64,000 nucleotides of DNA from Dehalococcoidia bacterium (GTDB lineage Bacteria > Chloroflexota > Dehalococcoidia > Bin125), in the NCBI GenBank assembly GCA_963663235.2, contig CAXXNO010000009.1, forward strand, positions 64,001 to 128,000, in the 5' to 3' direction. This document shows positions 37,937-49,241 of the stretch, one piece after another; the stretch's first letter is position 1, and each line of letters begins with the position of its first letter. A program made the translations under genes and the position numbers. Under the pieces are notes generated by a model. It did no database searches. It saw only the letters and a list, made by a program, of their open reading frames with translations, and was not told where the DNA came from.

Positions 37937-40900
37937 GTGCATAAGCCTCGCAAGGTGCTGATCATCGGCAGCGGGCCGATCGTCATCGGGCAGGCGGCCG
38001 AGTTCGACTACGCCGGCACGCAGGCCTGCAAGGCGATGCGCGAGGAGGGCGTGACCTCCGTCCTAGTGAACTCGAACCCGGCGACGATCATGACCGACGA
38101 GGACGTGGCGGACGTGGTCTACATCGAACCGCTGACCGTCGACGTGCTCACCCGCGTGATCGAGCGGGAGCGGCCGGACGGCCTGCTGCCCACGCTGGGC
38201 GGGCAAACGGCGCTGAACCTGGCGGTGGAGCTGGCCGACGCGGGGGTGCTAGAGCGCCACAACGTGCGGCTGCTGGGCACGCCGCTGGAGACGATCAAGA
38301 ACGCCGAGGACCGCGAGCGCTTCAAAACCATGCTGCGAGCGATCGACGAGCCATCGCCGCCGAGCCGCACGGTTACCACGGCGAAGGAAGCGGACCAAGC
38401 GCTCGCGGAGATCGGCCTGCCGGCGGTGATCCGCCCCGCGTACACCCTGGGAGGAACGGGCGGCGGCATCGCGCGGACGAGCGACGAGTTCGCCACGCTC
38501 GTCCGCGGCGGACTGGCGGCCAGCCCAATCACCCAAGTGTTAATCGAGCAGTCCCTGCTGGGCTGGAAGGAGATCGAGTACGAGGTGATGCGGGACGCCG
38601 CCGACACCTGCATCACGGTCTGCAACATGGAAAACCTGGACCCGATGGGCGTGCACACGGGCGACTCGATCGTCGTCGCGCCCAGCCAGACGCTCTCCGA
38701 CAAAGACTACCAGCGGCTGCGATCGGCGGCGCTCAAGATCATCCGGGCGCTGGGGATCGAAGGCGGCTGCAACATCCAGTTCGCGCTTGCGCCGCGTCCC
38801 GACATCGTGGAGTGGGGCCCTGCGCCGGACGACGGCTCCCTGCCCTACCACGTGATTGAGGTCAACCCGCGCGTCAGCCGATCATCGGCGCTGGCCAGCA
38901 AAGCGACCGGCTACCCGATCGCACGGGTGGCGGCGAAGATCGCCGCGGGGAAGCGGCTGGACGAAATCCCGAACGCGGTCACGAGCAAGACCAGCGCCGC
39001 GTTCGAGCCGGCGCTGGACTACGTCGTGGTCAAGATCCCGCGGTGGCCGTTCGACAAGTTCGGCGCCGGCGACCGTTCCCTGGGCACGCAGATGAAGGCC
39101 ACCGGGGAAGTCATGGCTATCGAGCGCAGCTTCGGCGCTGCCTTGCAGAAGGCCGTGCGCTCGCTGGAGATCGGTGGCCGCACATTGCTGTGGGAGGAGC
39201 GCGGGGATCTGGATCCCTCGACCGCCGCGCAGACCGCCACGGACAACCGCCTCTGGCACCTCATGGCCGCGCTGCGTCGCGACGCGGATCCCATCGCCCT
39301 AGCCAAGCGGACGGGGATCGATCCGTGGTTCCTGGACCGACTGCTAGAGCTGGTCCGCATGGAGCAGCGGCTGCTGTCGGAGCCGCTGCTCCACGCCTTG
39401 CTCTACGAGGCCAAGCGCACGGGGTTCAGCGACGAACAGATCGCCAACCTGTCCGGCTCCGTCACCGAGAAAGTGCGCCAGCTGCGGATCGATCGGGGCA
39501 TCCGACCCGTCTACAAGATGGTCGATACCTGCGCCGCCGAGTTCGACGCCGCCACGCCGTATTTCTACTCCACCTACGAGGAGGAGAATGAAGCGCTCCC
39601 CGACGCGACTCCCAGGGCGCTAGTCATCGGCAGCGGGCCGATCCGCATCGGCCAGGGGATCGAGTTCGACTACTGCTCGGTGAAAGCGGCGCAGGCGCTG
39701 CAGGCGGCCGGCTACGCGGCGATCATGGCCAACAGCAACCCGGAGACGGTCTCCACCGACTTCGACACCTCCAACCGCCTCTATTTTGAGCCGCTCGACG
39801 AAGAGGCCGTGCGCGACATCCTGGACAACGAACAAGGGCGCGACGGCGGCGCCCCCGTGGCCAGCATCCTGCAGTTCGGCGGCCAGACCGCGATCAACCT
39901 CGCCGAACCGCTCAGCGTCGCGGCGCAGCCCATCCTGGGCTCATCCGCGGAGGCCATCGATCGGGCCGAAGACCGCAAGCGCTTCGAGGCGTTCCTGGCG
40001 GACCTCGGCATCCCCCAGCCCCCCGGCACCACCGTCACCAACGTCGAGGATGCGGTGATCGCGGCGGAGACCATCGGCTATCCGGTGGTGGTACGCCCGT
40101 CCTACGTGCTCGGCGGGCGGGCGATGGAGATCGTGCAGGATCCGAGCGAGGTGGCACGCTACATGAACGAAGCGCTGGAGTCGTCACCCGACCGGCCGGT
40201 GCTGATCGACAGGTACCTCGCCGGGCTGGAGGTGGAGGTCGACGCCATCTGCGACGGCCAGCAGGTGCTGATCCCCGGCATCATGGAGCACATCGAGCGG
40301 GCTGGCGTCCACTCCGGCGACTCCATGGCCGTCTATCCCGCCCCCAGCCTGCGCCCCGAAGAGGTGGAGACGATCACCGCCTACACGCGGCAGATCGGCC
40401 TGGCGTTGGAGGTGCGCGGCCTGATGAACGCCCAGTACGTCGTGATGCGGCGCGGGGAGGAGAGCGACATCTTCGTCCTGGAGGTGAACCCCCGCGCCAG
40501 CCGCACCGTCCCCTTTCTCAGCAAAGTGACCACCGTGCCCATGGTCCACGTGGCCGATCAATGTGATGCTGGGTCGCAGCCTGGCGGATCAGGGCTACCC
40601 CGACGGTCTCTGGCCGGAGCGCGACCTCGTGGCGATCAAAGCGCCGGTGTTCAGCATGGCCAAGCTCACCGGCGTCGACACCTACCTGGGCCCCGAGATG
40701 AAATCCACCGGCGAAGTGATGGGCATCGACCGGACCCTGGAGCGCGCCCTGGCCAAGGCGCTGCTGGCCGCGGACGCATCGCTGCCGCGCGACGGGACCG
40801 TGCTGCTGAGCATCGCCGACAGGGACAAGCCCAGCGCGATTCCCATGATCCGCAACCTGGGCGCCGCGGGCTACCGCATCTTTGCCACGCCCGGCACCGC

Positions 40901-41258
40901 CGACCTCGTCCAAGGACTGGGGGTGAAGGTGACCATCGTGCCCAAGCGGCTGCATGAGGGTGATCCCACGGTGATCGAGCTGGTGCGCCAGCACACGGTC
41001 GATTTCGTGGTCAACACGCCGGAGGGACGCCGGGCGCCGCTGCGGGACGGGTTCGCCATCCGCCGCGCCGCCAGCGAGGAGGGCATCCCCTGCTTCACCA
41101 GCATCGACACCGCGGCTCAGGCGGTGGCGGCCATGGTCACACACAGCGGCGACTACAACGTGCTGCCGCTGAGCGACTACACGGGGCGGGGGCAGTCAGC
41201 ATCGCGCGCGCGGGCGCGCTCAAGCGAACCGGTGACCGAGCCGGAGCGTCCCGCGTGA
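37937..41258 (+). CDS. carB: Carbamoyl-phosphate synthase large subunit (one extra base at about 40554)
   Basis: [38 protein letters not shown], second half [16 protein letters not shown]; continues [13 protein letters not shown] and the MGS domain in the shifted frame. Confidence 0.95.
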
Positions 41259-42028
41259 TCCCCCACGGCCCGGCGACCGTTCTCAGCAGCGAGGAGATCT
41301 ATCCCGGCACGTTCGTCACCTGGTACGCGGGCAAGGAGTTCTGCCGCGCCGCCGAACCAGGCCAGTTCGTGATGGTGCAGCCGCGAGACGGGCTCGATCC
41401 GTTTCTGCCCCGCGCCTTCTCCTTCTATCGCTTCCGCGGGGAGGACGAGCAGCGCGAGTTCGCGCTGCTGTACAGCGTGATCGGCGCCGCGACGGAGTTG
41501 ATGGCGGCCCAGGAAGTGGGCGACACGATCATCGCGACCGGGCCGCTGGGCCACGGCTTCCAAGTGCGCCCGGGCGCCGGCAACCTCCTCCTGATCGGCG
41601 GCGGCGTGGGCATGGCGCCGCTGGTGGCGCTGGCCGAGCGGGAGGTGGCGGCGGGCCGGACGGTGGTGATGTGCTGCGGCGCGCGCACGGCGGCGTCGGT
41701 GTTTCCCGCCTCGCTGCTGCCGGCCGAGGTGGAGTACGCCGTGACGACGGAGGACGGATCGATGGGGCAGCAGGGGCTGGTCACCGACCTCTTCGCCCGC
41801 TACCTGCCCTGGGCGGACCAGACACTGGCCTGCGGTCCGGTGCCGATGTTTCGCAGCATGGCGGAGGTCGTGCGGCGGGACGGGATGCGCCGGCCGGCGC
41901 AGATCCTGATGGAGACGGAGATGGCCTGCGGGACCGGCATCTGCTACGGCTGCGCCGTCTTCACCAAGAAGGGCGTCAAGCTGTGCTGCAAGGACGGTCC
42001 GCGCTTCGAGCTGTTGGACGTGTTCTAG
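41255..42028 (+). CDS. pyrK: Dihydroorotate dehydrogenase electron transfer subunit
   Basis: PGQFVMV, GPLGHGF, GGGVGMAP, MACGTGICYGC..C..GP. Confidence 0.93.
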   Translation: MIPHGPATVLSSEEIYPGTFVTWYAGKEFCRAAEPGQFVMVQPRDGLDPFLPRAFSFYRFRGEDEQREFALLYSVIGAATELMAAQEVGDTIIATGPLGHGFQVRPGAGNLLLIGGGVGMAPLVALAEREVAAGRTVVMCCGARTAASVFPASLLPAEVEYAVTTEDGSMGQQGLVTDLFARYLPWADQTLACGPVPMFRSMAEVVRRDGMRRPAQILMETEMACGTGICYGCAVFTKKGVKLCCKDGPRFELLDVF

Positions 42029-42910
42029 GCCGACTCAGCGAAGCGCTTGACGATCGCTTCCGCAATCTCGTCGGGCGCGTCTTCCTGGATGTAGTGTTTC
42101 GCCTTGGGCAGCTCAACCAGCGTGTGATCAGGGAAGGTCTCCTGCCAGCGCGGCAGGAAGGCACCCGGCTTGAAGCCGAAGTCGCGCATGCCCCAGACGA
42201 GCAGCAGGGGTTTGTCTCCGAGCGCTTGCGGGACGCGCCTCTCGAGATCAGCCAACCACGGCCCGGCGCCGCGAATCTGCCGCGGAAACACCGCCACGCC
42301 GCGCCGCGCCGCCGGGCGTCGGCTGAACCGCCCGGTAGTGCTCCTTCTCCTCGTCCGTCAGCTTGGTCGCCATAGCCATCGGCATCACGCGCTTGACAAA
42401 GAAGTTGCGCTTCAGGATCGACCACTGCACGGGCGGCGACGACATCACGATCCCGAAGGTATTCATCATGCGGGAGTCGGCCGGCCAGAACCAGGTGTTG
42501 CCCATGACAAGCCCGTGCACTCGATCAGGCGCAGCCGCGGCAACCGACATGCCGATGGGCCCTCCCCAGTCCTGCCCCATGACGATGAAGCCGTCGAGCT
42601 CGAGATAGTCAACGAGCTCGGCAACAACCGTTGCGTGCTCGCCGGGCGTGTAGCCGTAACCGGCGGGCCGCACCGAGAGGCCGAAGCCCGGGTAGTCCAG
42701 GGCCACGCAGCGGAAGCGGTCGCGCAGGCGGCTCACGATCTTGCGGTAGAGGAAGCTCCAGGTCGGGTTTCCGTGGAGAAAAAGAATCGGCCGTCCGCTT
42801 CCCTCGTCGATGTAGTGCACACGACCCACCGAGCTATCGAACCACTGTGATGTGAAGGGGAACAGCGAAGGCGAGGGGGTGAAATCGACCTGGCCTTGCG
42901 TCGGCGTCAT
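42025..42910 (-). CDS. Haloalkane dehalogenase-like alpha/beta hydrolase (frameshift at about 42315)
   Basis: LHGNPTWSFLYR, QDWGGPIG; the C-terminal WGMRD..AKHYIQEDAP is in the adjacent frame. Confidence 0.85.
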
Positions 42911-43021
42911 CGGAGCCCCTTTCACGGAACGTGCGCGCGGTGCTGACATCGAGCAAGTCTAAGCGCGTCGTCAAGCAACAGCGAGGGTGTATCGTCGTGA
43001 CGCCGCGCATCAGGAGACGCC

Positions 43022-43916
43022 GTGTCCGTTCGCTACGAACTGCTTCAGGTCGACGCCTTCACCAGGCACGCCGCTGGAGGGGAACGCCTGCGCCGTCCTG
43101 CCCGACGCCCAAGGCCTGAGCGACGAGCGGATGCAAGCGATTGCGCGGGAGATGAACCTCTCGGAGACGACGTTCGTCTTCCCTTCCGACGTCGCGGACT
43201 TCCGCTGCCGCTACTTCACGCCGCTGGAGGAGATACCGCTGGCCGGGCATCCAACCATCGCGACCGTCCATGCCCTGGCGGAGATCGGGCGCATCGCCGC
43301 GGAGACCACCGCGGTCACCCTGGAGCTGGCCGTCGGCGTGATCGCGGTGGAGCGGCGACTCGATGGCAGCAGCGATCCACTCATCGTGATGACGCAACTG
43401 GCGCCGACGTTCGGGCGGCGGATGAACCGCGGCGAGATCGCGGTGGCGCTGCGCGTCCCGGAGACGAGCGTGCGGGCGGACCTGCCGGTGCAAGTCGTGA
43501 GCACCGGCACGCCGCAACTGATGGCGCCGCTGACGTCGCGAACGTCACTGGACAACGCCCGCGCCGACGCCGCGGCGCTGCGTGAGCTGCGCGAGAAGGG
43601 CGAGTTCTTCAGCGTCCACGCCTTCACGCTGGAAACGCTGGAGCCGGAGAGCACGACCCACAGCCGTCACTGGGGCTTCGCCGCGTCCGGGGTGTTCGAG
43701 GACCCGGTCACAGGATCGGCGTCGGGGGGGATGGTGGCCTATCTCCTCCAGTACGGGATGATCGAGCCGGGGGTGCACCGGCTGGAGCAAGGCGACCGCA
43801 TGAAGCGGCCCGGTCGAGTGACGGCGGAGGTCGGCTACGCGGAGGACGGGAGCATCGCGCCGCCGAAGATCGGGGGACGGGCGGTGACGGTGATGCGGGG
43901 GACGATAACCAGCTGA
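43022..43916 (+). CDS. PhzF family isomerase (frameshift at about 43064)
   Basis: MSVRYELLQVDAFT, then after the shift GTPLEGN..MQAIAREMNLSETTF..EIPLAGHPT..EDPVTGSA. Confidence 0.88.
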
Positions 43917-43955
43917 GGCCTTCCCCCCCGATCGGCGACGTGATCAAATAGAGGC

Positions 43956-44742
43956 ATGGCGCGCGCTCCCCGACGCAACAGCATCCTCCACGGCGACGCG
44001 CTGGAGGTGATGCGCGGCTGGCCCGACGGCTGCGTGGACCATTGCATCGCCGACCCGCCGTTCAACATGAGCAAGAAGAAGGGGCTGGGCTGGGCGTTCT
44101 CATCGCACGTCACGATGGAGGAGACGTGGGGACCGGTTCACGGAGGACGACTTCTTCCACTTCAACGTGGAGTGGCTGCGCGAAGTGTGCCGGGTGGTCA
44201 AGCCGAACGGGAACGTCATCGTGTTCGGGACGTACCACAACATCTACCAGCTGGGGTTCATCCTGCAGAGCGGGCTGAACCGTCGGATCCTGAACTCCAT
44301 CGTCTGGTACAAGCCCAACGCGCAGCCCAACATCACGGCACGCATGCTGACGGAGAGCACGGAGCACCTGATCTGGGCGGTGAACGGGGCGCCGGCGGGG
44401 AAGGATAAGGCGTCGAAGTGGACGTTCGACTACTGGGGGGCCAAGGAGCTGAACGGCGGCAAGCAGATGCGCAACCTGTGGGAGTTCCCCGTCACCCCGA
44501 AGAGCGAGCGACGGAACGGCAAGCATCCGTCGCAGAAGCCGCTGGGGGTGCTGGAGCGGCTGGTGCTCATCGCCACGCAGCCCGACGACCTGGTCCTGGA
44601 CCCGTTCGGCGGCGCGGGGACGCTGGCGCTGGCGGCGGAACGGCAGGGGCGGAACTGGCTGCTGATTGAAACCGTGGAGGAATACGCTACCCTCGCCCGG
44701 ACCCGGCTGCAGGCACAGCGCGAAGACCAGGCCGACGGGTAA
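43956..44742 (+). CDS. Beta-class N6/N4 DNA methyltransferase, DpnA-like (frameshift at about 44130)
   Basis: IADPPF, GTYHNIY, KELNGGKQMRNLW, KHPSQKP, VLDPFGGAGT. Confidence 0.88.
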
Positions 44743-44759
44743 GGCCAGCGGAGGGCACG

Positions 44760-45605
44760 ATGAACCGATACGAAAAGTTCAGCGTGGGCAACGCGGAACT
44801 GATCCACATGCAAGACACGTGGATGGCGCTGCCCCCCACCGACCTATTCCCCACGTCCACGGCCAAGGACTGGGACGCCTACCGCGAATTCGTGGACGCC
44901 GAGGGCAACATCACGCTCAACACGGGCAGCTGGCTGGTGCGCAGCGGGGGCCAAACGATCCTGGTGGACACGGGCTTCGGCGACCGGCCGCCGGTGGATT
45001 TCCCCACCCGCGAGCAGCCCCACCTCCCCGACGTCATGGAGGCCGTGGGGCTGCGCGCCGAGGAGGTGGACATCGTCCTGTTCACCCACCTGCACTTCGA
45101 CCACACGGGCTGGAACACCGTCGACGAGGGGGGCGCGATCACGCCGCGGTTCCGCAACGCCCGCCACATCGTGCAACAGAAGGACTGGGACTACTGGCGG
45201 AGCAGTGACGCGGAGCGGGAGTTCGCCAACTACGACTACTCCCTGGCGCCTCTCGAAGCGGCGGGGCTGCTGGACCTCGTGGACGGCGAGTACGTGGTGA
45301 ACCAAGAGATCGTCACGGTCCCGACCCCCGGACACACGCCCGGGCATGTCGCCTTCGTGCTCACGAGCGGCGGCGAGCGGGTGTATCTCATCGGCGACGC
45401 GGCCCACCACCCGGCGCAGCTGAGCGCGACCGACTGGTGCCCCGACTTCGACGTGAACAAAGACGACGCCCGACGCAGCCGTCACGCCATCCTCGACCGC
45501 ATCGAGAAGGAAGGGGCGATCATGGCCAGCGCGCACTTCCCCTTCCCGAGCATCGGTCGCGCCGAGCGGAGCGGGGGCCGGCGCATCTTCTCGCCGCTGT
45601 CCTGA
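44760..45605 (+). CDS. MBL-fold metallo-hydrolase
   Basis: LVDTG, THLHFDHTGWN, TPGHTPGH, GDAAH. Confidence 0.92.
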   Translation: MNRYEKFSVGNAELIHMQDTWMALPPTDLFPTSTAKDWDAYREFVDAEGNITLNTGSWLVRSGGQTILVDTGFGDRPPVDFPTREQPHLPDVMEAVGLRAEEVDIVLFTHLHFDHTGWNTVDEGGAITPRFRNARHIVQQKDWDYWRSSDAEREFANYDYSLAPLEAAGLLDLVDGEYVVNQEIVTVPTPGHTPGHVAFVLTSGGERVYLIGDAAHHPAQLSATDWCPDFDVNKDDARRSRHAILDRIEKEGAIMASAHFPFPSIGRAERSGGRRIFSPLS

Positions 45606-45625
45606 CCGTCAGCGCCGGAGCGATC

Positions 45626-46477
45626 GTGGGGAACTTCCAGAAGCGCAACGTCGGAGCCGTAGAGCTGATCACGCTCCAGGACAGTTGGGCGACGGCGCCC
45701 GCGACCGAGTTCTTCCCCAGCACCAACGCAAGCGACTGGGAGCCGTACCTCGAATTCCTGGACTTGGAGGGCAACTTCACCCTCAACCTCAGCGTGTGGC
45801 TGGTGCGCAGCGGAGGCCGGACCATCCTGGTGGACACGGGCGTCGGTCCGCGCGACGAGCAGAAGCAGCGCCTCACGCTCCAGGCACCCACCGCGCTGCC
45901 GTCGGTGATGGAGGAAGCGGGGATCCGGCCGGAGGAGATCGAGATCGTCCTGCACACGCACCTGCACTTCGACCACACGGGCTGGAACACCATCGACCGG
46001 GACGGCGCGCCGGTTCCGCTCTTTGCGAACGCTCGACACATCATCCAGCGCCGCGAATGGGACTACTGGACCGAGACGGAGGAGCGCAAAGGGAACGCGC
46101 TCTACGACATGCTGCTGCGGCCCCTGGAAACAGAGGGGCGCATTGACCTGGTCGAGGGAGAGCACGTGCTCACCTCCGAGGTCGTGACCGTGCCGACGCC
46201 GGGGCACACGCCGGGGCACGTCTCCTTCGTCGTCGCCAGCGCGGGAGAGCGCGCCTACATCCTGGGCGACGCCGCGCACTCGCCGGTGCAACTGACGCGG
46301 CCCGACTGGTCCTCGCGCGCAGACATCGACCCTGTGCAGTCTGCGTCCACCCGTCGCGCGCTGTTCGACCGGATCGAGCAAGAGGGGGCGCTGATCGCCA
46401 GCGGCCACTTCCCCTACCCGGGGCTCGGCCACGCAGTGCGGGTGAACGACACACAGGTCTTCCAGCCCGCGCCGTGA
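45626..46477 (+). CDS. MBL-fold metallo-hydrolase (tandem paralog)
   Basis: Same motifs as the upstream gene; GTG start after GGAG. Confidence 0.9.
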   Translation: MGNFQKRNVGAVELITLQDSWATAPATEFFPSTNASDWEPYLEFLDLEGNFTLNLSVWLVRSGGRTILVDTGVGPRDEQKQRLTLQAPTALPSVMEEAGIRPEEIEIVLHTHLHFDHTGWNTIDRDGAPVPLFANARHIIQRREWDYWTETEERKGNALYDMLLRPLETEGRIDLVEGEHVLTSEVVTVPTPGHTPGHVSFVVASAGERAYILGDAAHSPVQLTRPDWSSRADIDPVQSASTRRALFDRIEQEGALIASGHFPYPGLGHAVRVNDTQVFQPAP

Positions 46478-46526
46478 CCAGGGCGCGGCGCGTCTCGACT
46501 GAGGGCTAGGGAAAGGAACGGCGAGC

Positions 46527-47123
46527 GTGGATATCGAGAAGGCCAGGACGGCGCTGCTGCTGATGGACTTTCAGAACGACATCGTGGACCCCAAGGGCAA
46601 GTTCGGCTCGCAGGGGATGGCCGCAGAAGTCCAAGAGAAAGGCGCGATCGAAAACACGGCGCGCGCGTTGAAGGCGGCGCGGCGCGCCGGCCTGCGGGTG
46701 GTGCACGTCGCCGTCGCGTTCCGCCCCGGGCATCCCGACGTCAACCAACACTCGCCGCTGATGGGCGGCATCGGCAAGGCCGAGGCGCTGGTGGAGGGGA
46801 CGTGGGGCGCGGAGTTCCACCCCGGCGTCAAGCCGACAGAAGGGGAGCTGGTTGTAGTGAAGCGCGGGGTCAGCGCGCTCGCTGGCACGGACCTGCCGCC
46901 GATCTTGCGGGCGCAGGGCATCGACACGCTGGTGCTGACGGGGATCGCCACGACGTTCGTGGTCGAAGGGACCGCGCGCGAGGCGCTCGACAACGGCTAC
47001 CGGGTGATCGTGCTGCAGGATTGCTGCGCCAGCTTCAGCGAAGAGCAGCACCAGGCGTCGCTGGCGGTGCTGGGGCAACTGGCGCTGCTGGGCAGCGCCG
47101 ACGAGTTCGCGAAGGCGCTCTAG
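46527..47123 (+). CDS. Isochorismatase/cysteine hydrolase family protein
   Basis: ALLLMDFQND, GTWGAEF, K..VSAL.GTDL, GIATTFVVEGTAR. Confidence 0.88.
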   Translation: MDIEKARTALLLMDFQNDIVDPKGKFGSQGMAAEVQEKGAIENTARALKAARRAGLRVVHVAVAFRPGHPDVNQHSPLMGGIGKAEALVEGTWGAEFHPGVKPTEGELVVVKRGVSALAGTDLPPILRAQGIDTLVLTGIATTFVVEGTAREALDNGYRVIVLQDCCASFSEEQHQASLAVLGQLALLGSADEFAKAL

Positions 47124-48121
47124 CGGCGGCCCGTCCCGGCGGTCTTCTTGTCCACGCTGAGCTGGGGCACATAGGCCGCGATGTCCACGTAGCGGTCGGC
47201 CACGGCGCGCAACTCAGCCGCCGTGCTCTGCCCGAAGGCGACGACCTCCACGCGCACCCCCCGGGAGGCCACGATCTCCACCAAGCGGCGGAAGTCGCCG
47301 TCGCCGGAGACTAGCGCCACCACGTCCAAGCGGTCGGAGAGTATGAGGATATCGATCGCGAGCTCGACGTCGAAGTTGGCCTTGACCCCGCCGTCGCTGA
47401 AGCGCTTCAGCGGCTTAGTCACGATGCGATAACCGTGACCTAGGAAGGGGAGCACGAAGCGTTCGTTCTCCACGCGGGTGTTGGGGTCGTCCGAGATGGG
47501 GGCGTAGGCCATGGCCCGCACCACCGTGCGCCCGTCGCCGAGGAACTCCGCGACCTTGCCCCAATCGAGCTCCACGCCCGATCGCTCAGCGGCGTAGATG
47601 ATGTTGGGCACGTCGACGAAGATTCCCAGCCTGGGGCGGAGCCCGACGCTCACCGGCATGGCGCCATCGCCGGGTGCGAGCGCGGGCGCGGGCGCGGCCG
47701 CCAGTTGCTCCATGAACTGGTTCTGGCGCTCTTGCGCGCCGGCGATCCACTCCAACACCGTGTTCTGCCGCTCGATCAGCTCGGTCTGGCGGGCCAGGAT
47801 CGCGGGGAGGTCCGCCGGGCGGGGTTCCGGCGGGCGGGGTTCCGGCGGAGCCACCGGCTCCGGCTCCGGCTCCGCCGCGGGCCGCCGTCCCGTGCGCCGA
47901 CGGGGGGCGGCGGTCGCTCCGTCTGTCGGCTCGGGCGACGTCGCGGCGGTCTTGCGGCTTCCGCTGGAGCGCGAGCGCCGTCGTCGTGGCGCCCTGCTGC
48001 GGGCCGCCGGCTCGCCGCTGTTGGGCGCCGGCTCGCTAGGCGTAGGCTGATGCTGGACCGGATCGTCGCTTTCGCCGCTCGTCGCGGGCGCGGCCGTCTT
48101 GCGTCGCAAGATTCTTGGCAT
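47120..48121 (-). CDS. NYN (LabA-like PIN) domain protein with a disordered N-terminus
   Basis: IFVDVPN, KANFDVELAID, LVSGDGDF, GVRVEVV. Confidence 0.9.
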   Translation of the reverse strand: MPRILRRKTAAPATSGESDDPVQHQPTPSEPAPNSGEPAARSRAPRRRRSRSSGSRKTAATSPEPTDGATAAPRRRTGRRPAAEPEPEPVAPPEPRPPEPRPADLPAILARQTELIERQNTVLEWIAGAQERQNQFMEQLAAAPAPALAPGDGAMPVSVGLRPRLGIFVDVPNIIYAAERSGVELDWGKVAEFLGDGRTVVRAMAYAPISDDPNTRVENERFVLPFLGHGYRIVTKPLKRFSDGGVKANFDVELAIDILILSDRLDVVALVSGDGDFRRLVEIVASRGVRVEVVAFGQSTAAELRAVADRYVDIAAYVPQLSVDKKTAGTGRR

Positions 48122-48130
48122 GGTTTTCGT

Positions 48131-49183
48131 CTATACCTGCATCAATGTGAGAACGCTCAGTTTCGCGGCCACGCGCTGCGCGACGTCCACGAACGCCTGG
48201 CTCGTGGGATGATCGGGATCGCTGTCCACGATGGGCACGCCGGTGTCACCGGCCACCCGCACCTCCGTGGCTAGGGGGATTTCGCCCAGGAAGTCGATCC
48301 CCTGCTCATCGGCCGCCTCGCGCCCGCCGCCGTGGCCGAAGATCTCCAGCCGCTGCCCGGTGTCCGGGGTGATGAAATACGACATGTTCTCCACGATCCC
48401 GAAGACCGGCACCTGGAGCTTCTCGAACATCGCCACCGCCTTGGCGGCGTCTTCCAGCGCCACCTTCTGGGGCGTGGTGACGATCACCGCCCCGGCGATG
48501 GGCGCCTCCTGGGCCATGGACATGGGCGCGTCGCTGGTCCCGGGCGGGAGATCGATCAAGAGATAGTCCAGATCCCCCCAGGAGACGTCGTGCAGGAGTT
48601 GCCGCACCGCGGTGCCGACCATGGGGCCGCGCCAGACGACCGGCGCACCGCGCGGGATGATGAACCCGATCGAGACCACCTTCACACCATAGCGCGAGAT
48701 CGGATGCAGGCCTTGCTCGCTCTCGGCCTGGAAGGCCGCGGGCAGGCCGACCATCGTGGGGATGTTGGGGCCGGTGATATCGGCGTCGATCAGGCCGACG
48801 CTCGCGCCCGCCCGCGCCAGCGCCACGGCTAGATTGACCGCCAGCGTGGTCTTGCCCACGCCGCCCTTGTTGGAAGCGATGGCGACGATGTTCTTGACCC
48901 CGGCCACCTCCTTCGCGCCTCCGGGCTGCTTGAAGGTCGGCACCTTGGCGCCCCAGTCGATCGTGACGGCGCCGGCGCCCACCGCCTGGATGGCGGCGGT
49001 CACCTCGCTCTCGATCTGCGAGCGCAGGGGGCAGGCGGGGGTCGTCAGGATCACCTTGAGGGAGACGGCGTCGCCATCGATGCGGATGTCTTGCACCATG
49101 TTGAGGCTGACGAGATCCTGGTGCAGTTCCGGATCTTGGACGGCGCTCAAGGCGCTCAGCACAGCGTCTTCGGTCACCGGCAT
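48131..49183 (-). CDS. Mrp/NBP35 (ApbC) Fe-S carrier ATPase
   Basis: VQDPEL..LTTPACP, KGGVGKTT, WRGPMV, DLPPGTSD, GIVENMS. Confidence 0.93.
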   Translation of the reverse strand: MPVTEDAVLSALSAVQDPELHQDLVSLNMVQDIRIDGDAVSLKVILTTPACPLRSQIESEVTAAIQAVGAGAVTIDWGAKVPTFKQPGGAKEVAGVKNIVAIASNKGGVGKTTLAVNLAVALARAGASVGLIDADITGPNIPTMVGLPAAFQAESEQGLHPISRYGVKVVSIGFIIPRGAPVVWRGPMVGTAVRQLLHDVSWGDLDYLLIDLPPGTSDAPMSMAQEAPIAGAVIVTTPQKVALEDAAKAVAMFEKLQVPVFGIVENMSYFITPDTGQRLEIFGHGGGREAADEQGIDFLGEIPLATEVRVAGDTGVPIVDSDPDHPTSQAFVDVAQRVAAKLSVLTLMQV

Positions 49184-49241
49184 GCAATACTCCTCAACAT
49201 GGGCTCGGCCCACGGAGCGCGCGGCCCCGGGACGTGTGTCT

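Noticed and set aside
40540-40570. Naturally split or programmed-frameshift carB
   Set aside because: No slippery sequence, the break is not at the domain boundary between the two halves, and it matches the other single-base indels.
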